DNA of 63,517 nucleotides, the filler included, from Saprolegnia diclina VS20 (taxonomy: Eukaryota), in NCBI RefSeq assembly GCF_000281045.1. It is 7 parts of 3 records of this genome, joined end to end, with 100 filler letters (N's around TTAATTAATTAA, not from the genome) between each part and the next. Parts side by side here need not be neighbours in the genome. Positions count along the whole stretch, not along the records: positions 1 to 23,117 come from NW_008246148.1; 6 more parts are not named here. The stretch is one strand, 5' to 3'. Of the stretch, positions 1 to 12,700 are shown in pieces; positions within the stretch are counted from its first letter, which is position 1, and each line of letters opens with the position of its first letter. Both the position numbers and the translations under genes were made by a program. The notes below the pieces were generated by a model that searched no databases, had not been told where the DNA came from, and saw only the letters and a list, made by a program, of their open reading frames with translations.

Positions 1-3000
1 CTGGGTACCGTCCGTGCACTTGGCAAACGTCTCGGCGACGAGAAGCGCGACCGAGTACTTTGCTGGTATGACGTGGTGAAGCCACTTGTAGCCGGTCGGG
101 ATCTGCGATGACGGCGGGTTGTAGCCCATGAAGAGGAAGAAGAACGAGTTGAAGAGAGTGCCAATGATAGCGGCAACCTCGACACGGGGCATCGCGTATG
201 CCATCAACTGGCCAAAGTAGACGTTCATGAGCACCAAGAACGAGACATTGAGGCCGTAAAAGAGGCATGCGCCGATCGACTCGTTGAAGCCGACAAACGG
301 GTAAAAGATGACGCAAAAGACAAATGTCGTCACAAACACGTACGGGATCTCGACGACCGTGCCGCCGACAAGGTACCAAAACGCGCTGTACGTCTGCGAG
401 GCGCGTTCGCGATAGAACGACGCGCGCTCTTCTGTAGCGAGCGGAAGGACACTGTTGAACGAAATGATACCCATAAAGAGCGACGTGAGAAAGATCATGC
501 CGACGCCGCCGGTCGCCCCAACGTACGTTGTGTAGTCGACACCGCGGTAGACCAAGCCAAAGAGAAGAGCCAAAATGATCGAGAGCATCGCGCGCGTGTA
601 GTTGTACGACGGCGTGCGCCAGTACATGCGGAAGAAGCGCTGCGTCACCATCTTGAACTGCGTCAAAGACGACGCCGCGCGCTTCTTGGCAAACGTGAGC
701 TCGGGCAGCGACGAATGCGGCACAGCGTGGCGCTCGAGCGCTGCCACGAGAAGACCACGCTCATGCGAGCCGTTGAAAATCTGGACATAGTCGTTGGGCG
801 GCAAGTTGGTGCTCTTGGCTTCGACACCGGCACCGATGACCTCGAGCATCCACGTCGCCGGGTTGGCACCCTCGATGAGTGGCGGCGTGTTGGGAATCGA
901 CTTGAAGTACTGAATCAGCTGGATGGCGTGCGTACCGAGGTCACCAAAGAAGACGGTCTCGCCACCGCGCTTGAGAAGGAGAAGCGAGTCAAACATCTCA
1001 AACACCTCGGTCGACGGCTGGTGGATCGTGCAGACGACCGTGCGACCCGTCGACGCGATCTTGCGAATACCCGTCATGATGATCTTGGCCGAGCGGGCGT
1101 CAAGGCCGGACGTCGGCTCGTCCAAAAAGAGAATACTCGGGGCGGCCGCGAGCTCGACACCGATCGTCAGACGCTTCATCTGCTCGACCGACGCGCCNNN
1201 NNNNNNNNNNNNNNNNNNNNNNNNNNNNNNNNNNNNNNNNNNNNNNNNNNNNNNNNNNNNNNNNNNNNNNNNNNNNNNNNNNNNNNNNNNNNNNNNNNNN
1301 NNNNNNNNNNNNNNNNNNNNNNNNNNNNNNNNNNNNNNNNNNNNNNNNNNNNNNNNNNNNNNNNNNNNNNNNNNNNNNNNNNNNNNNNNNNNNNNNNNNN
1401 NNNNNNNNNNNNNNNNNNNNNNNNNNNNNNNNNNNNNNNNNNNNNNNNNNNNNNNNNNNNNNNNNNNNNNNNNNNNNNNNNNNNNNNNNNNNNNNNNNNN
1501 NNNNNNNNNNNNNNNNNNNNNNNNNNNNNNNNNNNNNNNNNNNNNNNNNNNNNNNNNNNNNNNNNNNNNNNNNNNNNNNNNNNNNNNNNNNNNNNNNNNN
1601 NNNNNNNNNNNNNNNAACGACAGAGGGCGACAACAAGCTTGACCCAGCGACGCGTACCGCAACGTCTTCAGTCGCATGGGTGACATCCGTTGGCGTCTTG
1701 GGCGCCTTGACGTACACATCACCAACATCTTCTTCGTCGTCGGCTTTGTTCCCTGCCACCGAGACATTTTCCGGTGCGTCGTAGCGCTTGTATTCGAGCG
1801 CGAGGTACGAGAGAGCGAGGAAGACGACGTAGATGGCCGCGAGGTAGATGGCGCCGTACCAGATCCAGATCGTGTCGGTCTCGAGGCCAAACGTCTTAAG
1901 CATGACGTTGCCCATGGTGTCGCCCTTGAGCTTCATGTAGTCGACGCCCGTGTAGACCGGCACTTGGAACTCATCCGACGAGTACTGGTTGATGGCCAGG
2001 GCACGCAAGCACCAGCTGAGTGGGTTGATCCAGTAGATCCAGATAAAGTAGTCGGGCATGATGGACGGCGCAAGTACAAAACCCGCAAACAAGATGTAAA
2101 ACAAGATGGAGAGCATCGCCACGGGCTTGGCAATGTGGAGATCGGGCGAGATGACCGCGAGGAAGAAGAACCACGACGTAAGCGCCAAGTTGGTCAGAAA
2201 GAGCAGCAGGAGGTAGACGAAGAACGCACCGACTTCCGACACAAAGCCCGTCATCCAGTACATGATCGAGCCAAACACCAAGGTCTCACCAAACGCAAAC
2301 GGCACCTGAGTGAACGACTGCGCCAGAATGAACGACGACGTCCGGAAAAAGTTGGCCCACCGCTGCTTGTAAAAAATCTCGCGGGACTCCAGCACCGCCG
2401 GCATGAGCGGCACTTGACCCAGCGCAAGAAAGAGCACAGACGTGAAGACGACACCAAGCACAACGAACGGGTTGGCCGAGTCGACTTGATAGAACGTCGA
2501 CGCGTACAAAAGACCCATGACCAGCACCATGATGAAGCGGCTCTTGACGAACGCCGTGTTGCGCAAAAACACCTTCAGCTGACGCGCAATCAGCAGCTGC
2601 GTGCTCTCAACGTATGGCACTTGATACGCCGGCATCTCGGCCATGTGCTTGGCCGCATCAGCGAGGAGAAGCGGGTGGTGCGGGCCCTCGAGGTGGCTCA
2701 TCATCTCGGCAAAGATCGCCGAGCGACGGAAGACATCGGCGTAGTCGCTCGGCGTGCGCGGCACCGACGTCGCACCATCGACGACGTACTGGTCTTGTTG
2801 CGGCGTGCCGAGGTCGAGCAGAAAGTCGGCCACGTCGCGCTTCGGCGGACACTTGAACCCGAGCGACTCGAAATACTCGAGAGCCAGCGACCGCGCACCG
2901 TGGTACATGACGTGACCTTCGTTCATGAGAAGCACTTCGTCAAAGAGGTTGTACAACTCGGGTGACGGCTGCAGCAACGCAATCACAATCGTCTTCTTGA

Positions 3001-3859
3001 GCGACGCGGCCATGCTCTTCTGCGACTTGACAATGTCGTACGCAGCTGCCGAGTCGAGACCGGTACTGATCTCGTCCATGAACGACACCTGCTTCATGCC
3101 AAACTCCATCTCGCCGACCGTCACGCGCTTGCGCTCACCGCCCGAGACACCGCGAAGCATGGCGTTGCCGACGATCGTGTCTTCGCAGATCTTGAGACCC
3201 ATCTGCCGCGTGATGATATCCGGGTAGACGTTGTAGAGCGACTGGATCACAGCCTTGGCCTGCGCGTTTTCTTCGGGCGAGCCGTACTGGAGAGAGTCGA
3301 GGACGCGTTGGGGCACCGCCGCGCCACCGCTGCATGCGTGCGCAAAGGCGAGTGTCTCTTTCACCGACAAGGTCGGGTAGTGAAAGTCGCGCTGGTTCAT
3401 GTACGCCGTAAACTGCGGTAGCTGCGCCTTGACGTCTTCGGACTTGGCGCCGTTGAAAGTGACGGTGCCGCCCACCGTGATGTTCTTGTGCATGGGAAAG
3501 CGGCCCGAGAGGATCTTCATGAGCGACGACTTGCCCGAGCCGGGTTGACCAAGAAGGAGCGTCGTCGTGCTGGGCTTAAAGACACCCGACATTGGGTGCA
3601 GGACGTCCTTGCGGATCGAGCGCTTCTTGCGGGCGAGGCCGCGCGCAATCTTCTTGACGTGGTTGTACAAGGTGGGCAGCTCATGGCCGTCCTTGGTGGC
3701 GACGGAAACTTCGGCCGCAATGGAGAGATCCTGGAAGCGAATTTCCATCTGCGGCATGGCCTTGCCCATGGACGTCTCGAGCTGCGCAGCCAAGGACGCA
3801 TGGAAGGCGTCCGAACCGTCTTGCAGAAAAGCGTCGGCCGACTGAGGCGATGGTGGCAT
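1..3859 (-). CDS. Full-size ABCG/PDR transporter (NBD1-TMD1-NBD2-TMD2); 3' end runs off the window; N gap 1198-1615 inside NBD2
   Basis: ATG at 3859 (MPPSPQ). Walker A GQPGSGKS, signature VSGGERKRV, Walker B FMDEISTGLD. After the gap: GVELAAAPSILFLDEPTSGLDARSA, CTIHQPS, YWRTPSYN, FYRERASQTY. No intron seen. Confidence 0.95.
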
Positions 3860-4679
3860 GCTCACGACCCCGCAAATTCAAAACTGGTTGTGGTCGCATC
3901 CGCTGTGATCATTGCGCGTGGTGCTGTCCAGTTGGATCGCACATTTGGCAGTACAAAGCGTTCCTTTTATCAACGATGCACCTTGTTGCATGTGTGTAGC
4001 GGAGGGCGCTTGGGCGGCTTGTAAATGTTTGACTTGGGCTGGCTATAGGGTGGGATCACGGCTGGGTGCGGCTCGATACTAAGCTTACGATGTCACAGGC
4101 AGAACACCTCTGCGTTGAACTGAGAATGCGTCCAGATGTGGCAAATATCCTTGTATTGGCAAGGAGAAATGTGAGCTTGGATGCACTTAAGTATGACACT
4201 GGCTAGCCTTCTAGCTTGTCCATGCCTCTGTGAGGAATATTGTATAGAGCGTGATATCATCATGGTCCCTCGTTTCGCCAGCGTCGTGCACAATTATTCG
4301 CATTCGCTCCAGCTTCTAACTACGACGTCGTCTTTCCTGTTTAAAACGCGCAGAAGCAGGCGCCACGACCCCTGAAATCATGGTAGTTCTATGCTCCAAG
4401 ACAAGTGGGTTATTCTTTGTGGATCTGTTGATCCCACCACGCATGCTGCCGGCGTACGGTCGACGGCGTATGAGCGCGCGAGCACCTTATCATTGGTTGA
4501 CAGCACGTGGCGGGTTGCATTGATGGGCTCGCAAGAGTACGCGGAAGAACACGATCGATGATACGCGATTGTGACAGCTTCTCCGTTGGCGGCATGAGTA
4601 GCCACGGCTATATTTCTAAAGTGGATACGTAGGTGTCAAGGTGTTGCGATGACTACAGGTGCTTTTAGTACATGTGACA

Positions 4680-4986
4680 CCGACTGGATCACAGCCTTGG
4701 CCTGTGCGTTCTCTTCGGGCGAGCCGTTCTCAAGCGAGTCGAGGACGCGCTGGGGCACGGCGGCACCGCCGCTGCACGCATGAGCAAACTCGAGCGTCTC
4801 CTTGACTGTCAAGGTCGGGCAATGAAAGTCGCGTTGGTCCATGTAGGCCGTAAACTGCGGCAGCTGCGCCTTGACGTCGTCGGACTTGGCGCCATCGAAT
4901 GGGATTCGACCGCCCACTGTGATTTTTTGTGCATGGGAATGCAGCCCGAGAAGATCTTTAAGATCGACGCCTTGCACGAGCCGGGC
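4680..4986 (-). pseudogene. ABCG NBD1 fragment (relic)
   Basis: KITVGGRIPFDGAKSDDVKAQLPQFTAYMDQRDFHCPTL...AQAKAVIQS closely matches the upstream gene. Walker A region is frameshifted and both ends are truncated. Confidence 0.85.
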
Positions 4987-5674
4987 TAGCTGGCGGAGTA
5001 CTAGTACGAGTGTCCTTGTGGACTCCCCGAAAGGAGGGTTAGGCGCCTGAGACCACCAACACGTAATTCCAGTGACGCATAGCTTTGCTAGCCGAGATGA
5101 CTAAAAAAATCGCGTTTGGCTACGGCAGGCATCGCTTGTCATTCCGACTGAGAGGTGCTCTACACGTGACATTGGAAAGAATTGCACGCCGCAAATTTGC
5201 ATCTCCCACCCATTCAGGGGTAGAGCCAGCTCAACAGCCATATTCTGATGTTCTTGTCCAATACGAAGGTNNNNNNNNNNNNNNNNNNNNNNNNNNNNNN
5301 NNNNNNNNNNNNNNNNNNNNNNNNNNNNNNNNNNNNNNNNNNNNNNNNNNNNNNNNNNNNNNNNNNNNNNNNNNNNNNNNNNNNNNNNNNNNNNNNNNNN
5401 NNNNNNNNNNNNNNNNNNNNNNNNNNNNNNNNNNNNNNNNNNNNNNNNNNNNNNNNNNNNNNNNNNNNNNNNNNNNNNNNNNNNNNNNNNNNNNNNNNNN
5501 NNNNNNNNNNNNNNNNNNNNNNNNNNNNNNNNNNNNNNNNNNNNNNNNNNNNNNNNNNNNNNNNNNNNNNNNNNNNNNNNNNNNNNNNNNNNNNNNNNNN
5601 NNNNNNNNNNNNNNNNNNNNNNNNNNNNNNNNNNNNNNNNNNNNNNNNNNNNNNNNNNNNNNNNNNNNNNNNNN

Positions 5675-5805
5675 TCGTCCTCGGCCAACCCGGCTCGGGC
5701 AAATCGTCGCTCATGAAGATCCTCTCGTGCCACTTTCCCATGCACAAGAGCATCATGGTGGGCGGCACCGTCACGTACAACGGCGCCACGGACAGCGAGG
5801 TTAAG
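5675..5805 (+). pseudogene. ABCG NBD1 fragment (relic) next to a gap
   Basis: VLGQPGSGKSSLMKILSCHFPMHKSIMVGGTVTYNGA; homology stops abruptly near 5805. Confidence 0.8.
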
Positions 5806-6681
5806 CGCGATACCGTCTTGCCCATCGATGACAAGTTGCCTATGACAACACCAGCTTTCTTGGCCAGTCTGTTTGCACAATGTGTGCGCGAGACGCATTA
5901 TTTCCTCATTGTGTAAAAACAAAGAAGCGTTCCCTTTCAAGTTGCTCAATATCGCGTCGCACGAGCCGACGAAATGAGTCAGAGCATCCCAACCCCGAGA
6001 ACGCACCAGTAGTTTCGATCCTGGATCTCTGCAGCCTCGCGTCGATACTGCAAATAAATGGTGAAGCGTTTGCCAAGTACAGGCACGTGTACGAGATGGT
6101 GTGCGATGATTGATAGACTACATTTGGCGCGACCATAGGCTTCGTTTGCTTCTGCCGCATTCTCGCGCTCCTCTCGCTTGGCGAAGTCCACCTCCAAAAG
6201 ATGTGAGTGTGAAGAAAATCTATAAAAAATAACTTGTATTCACAAGTGGTGCTTGAAAAGATGGTCGACTGCTGAGTGTCATCTGATTTAACGATCGACG
6301 CTGTACAGTGTGTAGTAGCCGTGGGATCAACGGGTGTGGTGTGTCGGGAATGCCGAGAGTTCGGTTGATGGGGTTAGGGAAGGGTTAGGGTACAAAGAGT
6401 TAGGCTTTTCGACGCTGGGGGAGCACTGAGAGACGAATAAATCCGTTAAGTAAACGCATTGGTGTCACCGTGTGACATACCCCAGTAGATTGGCCAAGGT
6501 CTACAATGCTGTGTTCAAAATCGCGTTTGAGAAAGCGGCGCTGTACAGGAGCCATTGGCATCCAACTTCAAAACATGATCAAACTCGCTTGCACGTGGCG
6601 CCTCTTTGGCGTGGGCATGGCAGCACACACACGGTGAAAGGCTCGTACAAGATACATTATGTATTGAAAAGCAGGCACTGC

Positions 6682-6800
6682 CTATCTCTTTTGGTGATTG
6701 ATGTAGCGCAGCGAGACGAGCGCGAAGACGCGATACAGCAAGATGAAGCCAATAACCGCGAAAACGTTGGCCCACCGGTAGTCAAACTTCATTACGCACA
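6682..6800 (-). pseudogene. Orphan C-terminus of an oomycete PDR/ABCG gene
   Basis: MKFDYRWANVFAVIGFILLYRVFALVSLRYINHQKR* resembles the typical oomycete PDR C-terminus; no coding continuity upstream. Confidence 0.75.
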
Positions 6801-7367
6801 CCATTAATGAAAAGAAAAGTGAATTATGCTGGCTCGCTTTTACTAGCGACGTGTGCCATCGTGAGCAACACCACCGCCACTGCCGTCTGCTACTTTTCGG
6901 TAACGTTGTCAGCATCTAGACTTATAGCAATATGAAAGGTTTTGCAAAGAAATGGATTGATGAAAAGAAAGTGAATTATGCTGGCTCGCTTGCACTACAT
7001 GTAGCGACGTGTGCGTAGATCCGGGTTCGAGTGCCGGTGACCCCCCTTTCTGATTGAGTTGACCGGTGATAGATAGCGGTGTTTTGGGTCCGAGTTTCAC
7101 ACCGGACTCTTTCCAAAGCGAGGGATCCCCGATCGTGTTGGGTGGCACCAAGTTTTCTGGGCTGTCAAGAACCGACTAGATGGTACCGATGCCAACGCCA
7201 ATGGGAAAGAGAAGAAAGCGATAAACGCCTACGGGGCTCGAACCCTGCACCTCCTGCGTGTGAGCCACCAACTGGACAATGGTGGTCGACGTAGTGCCAT
7301 GTGCATTTTGACATGATCAATCCCGTGCTCCATTGCTGGTTGGTGTCGCAGGTCTTGGGTGCCTGAG

Positions 7368-8518
7368 AATACGACTACTGACTGTGAACCGCGTCCCACG
7401 ACCACAAATTGCGGCCACACGGCGGAAGGGGTCAACGTGTTCCACTCACTGCTGGTCGTGCTGATCGTGCTGATCGTGCTGATCAGCCATCGGAACTGAT
7501 GATGATGACTGTAGTAATCGCGAGTGAAATTTCACACACTGTCTCATCTGCTGATCCGCATTGGAAAGAATAGTAAGCAAACGGCAAACTGGGTCGGTCG
7601 TCCACACACCCCGTCGCTCGTCAGCAAAGCGGTCGTCGCAACAAGCTTGGAATGCCGCCAGTTTAAATTAGTTGTGGGAATTCAAGAATGACCCAACGAT
7701 TACGAAAGAGTTGCTATTGTAGCAATGACTACTACTATGAATACCAGCACCAACGGAAAAAGCTATCAGAACTGCGCATCGTTCTCTTGGGTACTCCTGC
7801 GAGCACCATCGATACTTCGGGTATCGGCCATGTGGCAGTGGTTTGTGAACGATCCAAAGCGCACATGAGCACTGCTTGTCTTTGGGCCGACGTCCCCGGA
7901 AGCCCGAGACAGTATCATCACTCCTGGGTCACACTCTTCTTGCGGCCTTCAAGAACAAGAAGAATGACGACGCGTGCTCGTGCAAGACGGCGAGGATGTG
8001 GGGCAACCAGGTGTGGTACCGAGTACGTAGACCAAAATGGATATGCCATCACCCATATCTCTCTTGAGAGGCAAGGGAATTGGCGGCTTGGGCTGCTATC
8101 GTACCGGTAGGTTGCTACTCGATCGATATTGGCTTGGACAGACGAGCTCGCCCCTTGCTATGCACGTGATCAAGCATGGTCACGTCATGCAGCCCGCGAC
8201 ATCTGAGTTGCCAAACCTGCGACACTCGATATGGTCACAACCACACGCATTCGTCTTGCACACAGTACACTCTCAAATGTCCTCTACAATGTGATATTGC
8301 CGTTCCTAAAGGTGGCGCTCCGACAGCCATGGGACATCGCTCTCATAGCCCATGCGGGTTAAAGTTTGACAAGGAGCTGCTGGAGCACCCCCTTAAATGA
8401 AAATCAAGCAACAAGCAGCAATCGATTACTATGGTAGTACATCGTTGATGAAAGCTGTCGATTTCATCAACAGATACGCGATGAAATGCGATGCCATCAC
8501 GAACAAAGATCACAGCGG
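7368..8518 (+). repeat. ~1.15 kb segment (upstream region of ABCG copy 2), duplicated at 15720-16864
   Basis: Near-identical to 15720-16864; a handful of SNPs and one 6-bp indel (tatcgtaccggtagg vs tatcgtagg). Confidence 0.95.
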
Positions 8519-8558
8519 ATGCGACCACAACCAGTTTTGAATTTGCGGGATCGTGAGC

Positions 8559-9199
8559 ATGCCACCATCGCCTCAATCGGCCGACGCCTTTCTGCAAGAC
8601 GGCTCGGACGCCTTCCATGCGTCCTTGGCCGCGCAGCTCGAGACGTCCATGGGCAAGGCCATGCCGCAGATGGAAATTCGCTTCCAGGATCTCTCCATTG
8701 CGGCCGAAGTCTCCGTCGCCACCAAGGACGGCCATGAGCTGCCTACCTTGTACAACCACGTCAAGAAGATTGCGCGCGGCCTCGCCCGCAAGAAGCGCTC
8801 GATCCGCAAGGACGTCCTACACCCAATGTCGGGTGTCTTCAAGCCCAGCACGACGACGCTCCTTCTTGGTCAACCCGGCTCGGGCAAGTCGTCGCTCATG
8901 AAGATCCTCTCGGGTCGCTTTCCCATGCACAAGAACATCACGGTGGGCGGCACCGTCACTTTCAACGGCGCCAAGTCCGAAGACGTCAAGGCGCAGCTGC
9001 CGCAGTTTACGGCCTACATGAACCAACGCGACTTTCACTACCCGACCTTGTCGGTGAAAGAGACACTCGCCTTTGCGCACGCATGCAGCGGTGGCGCGGC
9101 GGTGCCCCAACGCGTCCTCGACTCTCTCCAGTACGGCTCGCCCGAAGAAAACGCGCAGGCCAAGGCTGTGATCCAGTCGCTCTACAACGTCTACCCGGA
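8559..9199 (+). CDS. ABCG/PDR transporter copy 2, 5' part (cut by gap); inverted relative to copy 1
   Basis: Protein matches copy 1 over the ~213 visible aa; DNA differs by synonymous SNPs; the 5' leader is also shared. Confidence 0.9.
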
Positions 9200-9299
9200 N
9201 NNNNNNNNNNNNNNNNNNNNNNNNNNNNNNNNNNNNNNNNNNNNNNNNNNNNNNNNNNNNNNNNNNNNNNNNNNNNNNNNNNNNNNNNNNNNNNNNNNN

Positions 9300-9392
9300 A
9301 AAGAGGCTGGACAAAACCACCTAAGCGGAAAAGCGACGAAGGTGTGTCATCTTCGTGTCGGCTGACGAGCCTCTGGAGGTGCTCTCCTGACA
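9300..9392 (-). repeat. 3' LTR (partial, runs into gap)
   Basis: 93 bp identical to 15627-15719; preceded on the minus strand by purine-rich GGGGAGGC (PPT-like). Confidence 0.9.
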
Positions 9393-9702
9393 GCCTCCCC
9401 AGCTCCAGATGGGAGGAAGCCGGCTCGAGATGAGACTCTGTGTGGAGGGCCGATCGCCTCCACAGCGTGCCACGTGTAGTGGCTCGTCCGTGCGTGACGT
9501 GACGACAGAACGTGTGATGACTCGTCCGTGCGTAACGGAGAGAAAAACGTGAAAAACGTGGGACCCTAAGCCTCCCTGGAGGGGGAAGGGTCGAGACACT
9601 GAGGTCCAGGACCGAGCCGGGAAAAAGGAAAGACATGCAGACATGGGGGCATGCAGACATGAAGACATGTAGAAAAAACGCACACACACATGAAACGGAC
9701 GA

Positions 9703-12700
9703 CTAAAAAGTCGGAAGTGCCGTGGCCGGGGGCGGAGAACGCGCAGGTGCAGTGACCCGGAGAGCAGTCCGTAAATGGATGAACTGCGCGACTGGCAATG
9801 CCTTGGTAAAGATGTCAGCACGTTGGGAGTGCGTAGAGCAGTATTGGATGTTGAAGATCTTGGCTTCAACGAGCTCCTTGACGAAGAAGTACTTGACGTC
9901 AATGTGATTCGTACGTCCGTGGAACGCAGGACCCCGAGATCGAGGAGGAGGTACTTGAGGTACAGACCTTCTTGAAGGCAGCTGGCCAGCGCGTTGTACT
10001 CCGACTCGGTCGTGGAGAGAGCAACGGTGGGTTGTTTCTTGGCGAGCCACGAGATGGGGCTGCCGTGAAAAAGCGTGAGGTAGCCGCTAATGCAGCGACG
10101 AGTGTCAAGGCACTTGGCATAGTCGGCATCGACATAGGCCTCAAGAGTGGGCGCTACGCGAGCTGTGGGGCCACCTAGGGTGATGCCCATGGAGCGAGTA
10201 CCGCGTAGGTAGCCGAGCACGCTCTTGGTGGCCGTGTAGTGGCCAACCTGAGGTGCCGTCAGGTATTGACTAAGGCGTTGGACCGTATGGGCCAGGTCTG
10301 GCCGAGTACCGAGGACGAGGTACATGAGCGAGCCGACCACCGATCGGTACGGGGTAAAGCGCTCGAGGAATTGGGTGCGACCAGGGTTAGGTGCCGAGTC
10401 CAGAGCCGAGAGGTCTGTGCCGGGAGCAAGTGGCGTCGCGTGGTCGCGGCCCTGCAGGCAGTTGAAGCGGGACAGTACGTCACCGACGTACTCGTCTTGG
10501 TGGATAAAAATAGACCGGTTCGGTCGGTCGCGGACGACTTGCCAGCCGAGAATGGACTCGACGTCGCCGAGGTCGCGCATCGCAAAGCGCTCCGAGAGGA
10601 GGCGGCGAATCTCGTCGCCAATAGCGCGAGTAGGAGCAAAAATCAACAAGTCGTCGACGTAGAGACTGACGAAGACGGGTTTGCCGTCGTAGTTTTTTGG
10701 TGAAGACGCAGCGGACTTTGCGCGTGCGCTTGAAACCGATAGCGGTCATAAAGGCGACGAAAGTCTCGTACCAGATACGAGGACTTTGCTTGAGGCCTTA
10801 GAGGGCGCGATCAAGCATGCAGACCGAGCCCGGGTCGGACTCGCTGACAAACCCTTCGGGTTGGGTGGTGAAGACTTCAACGTCTTTGGGCAGGATGCCA
10901 TTTAGGAACGCCGTTTTGACTTCCATTTGGTAGATTTCGTAGTTTTCGATCGCAGCGATCGCGAAAAGAAGGCGAAGAACCTCCATGCGGACTACCGGGC
11001 TGAAAATATCAGTGTAGTCGATGCCGGGCCGTTGGCGAAAGCCCTGGACGACGAGACGCGCTTTGTAGCGGTCGATCGAGCCGTCGGCCTTGAGTTTGCG
11101 GGTGAAAACCCAACGGGTTTTAAGAACCGTGCGGGAGCGTGCCCGAAGTCTTTCGACAAGACGCCAGATCTTGTTGCGGATAAGAGACCGATGGTCCGCG
11201 TGTGCGGGGGCGCGCCAGTGGGCGGCCTCATGGCTGCGCATGGCCTTTGCCCACGAGTTGGGGACTGGGTTGTAGTCTACTTTGGCGGTAGCCATGTTGT
11301 GGAGAGGGATAGCTCCGGGCATCTCCGAGATATCGGGAGCCACGTCGACGTCGACGGTCTCGACGGTTAAAGCGAGTGGTTCTAAGGTGTCCACTGACCT
11401 ACCTGGGATAGGAGCCTCCATGGCATGCAGTGCATGGGCCACGGGGTGAGTGGTCGTAAATCGGAGAGCCGCAAGTGGGTTCGCGAGAGTAGCGGTGGGG
11501 ACCGTAGGATCAAAATGGGTCACCCGAGTCATTTCCGCGAAACGGACCTGGCGGACACGGAGGTCGTCGCGTGTAGTCTCTGCCCATTGGGTCCACAAGA
11601 GGTTAGCCTCCCGAATGGTAAGGGGCATGGGGAGAAAAGTGGTGAGTGCGAAGTTATATTCGTCTAAGTTGAGGTCCCGTACTTCCTCGAGAGAGGTGAA
11701 AAGGGGCGCCGGCGCCGACGGGGATGGTGTCGGGCGCGGACGCTGAGAATGAAGATGCTGTGCTACCAACGGCGTGGCCGCAGTGGTATTGGGAGGACTA
11801 GTGTCACACAGCGTTTCGGGGGAGGTACTAGATATCGAAGGAGGGAGACGATGCTGCGCCGACGACGGTGTCGTGGCGCGTCGTGGAGCGACGACGTCCG
11901 CGTCCATTCCCGACCCCGGCCGAAGGTCTTGTGGGAACGGGCGCGAACCAAGATGATTCGGCGACGGCAGGTGGGCAGATTCAGCATGTGGCTGCCCATG
12001 GTCTACCGGTTGCGACCCACGCGAGGGTGGGCCCGGAGACAGGGACGGCACAGCTGGCCCATGCGCTGCCAGGAGAGGTTCGACTGGACCAAGAACAGGT
12101 ACCGGCAACGGCAGTGCCGCAGTGGTTTGGAAACCTGGAGGAGGTCGTACATCCTGAGGCGTCGCACGAACATATCGACGCGTACCGACGATAGATGCAT
12201 CGGGCGGACGTACCGCCAAGGGTGGCGCTCGCGCCGCAGGCGATTGGTCCGCCATCGAGGAGAAAGTTCTCGTATGGGGCCAGGCCGAGCGTATGTCCGT
12301 GGAAGGACGCGAGGCTGGAGGGACACTATCCGACGAGCCAGTGGCCGTGGTGTGCGCAGGCGGGGATGCCGCAGGTGTAGGCATTGCATAGCCGTTGGGG
12401 TGAATATCTGTAGAGGAATTTGTGAGTCGAGCCGCTTTAGCGGCCTCGACCGAGGCTACGGGAGGGAAGATATCCTCGCAAAAAATGACATCACGGCTCT
12501 CGACAATCCGGTGTGTCGCCGGATCCATAAGGCGGAAGCCATCGCGATTGGACGGGACGCCGATATAAATGCAGCGCTTGGCGCGGGCATCGAGTTTGTC
12601 GCCGCGGGCAGGCGTTTGAATGTGAGCCCACGCATCGCACCCGAAGACCCGTAGGTAGCGGAGTGTAGCGTGGTGCTTGTGGACGAGGTAGTACGGAGTC

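Noticed and set aside
6371..6391. GGGTTAGGG twice, telomere-like
   Set aside because: Too short to call an interstitial telomere.
6807..7013. ~50-bp direct repeat ATGAAAAGAAAGTGAATTATGCTGGCTCGCTT
   Set aside because: Real, but looks like a local duplication at a pseudogene breakpoint; no LTR or TSD structure.
10798..10800. Programmed readthrough at stops in Copia RT (10798) and Gypsy RT (58159)
   Set aside because: Stops fall inside conserved domains alongside other lesions; decay is simpler.
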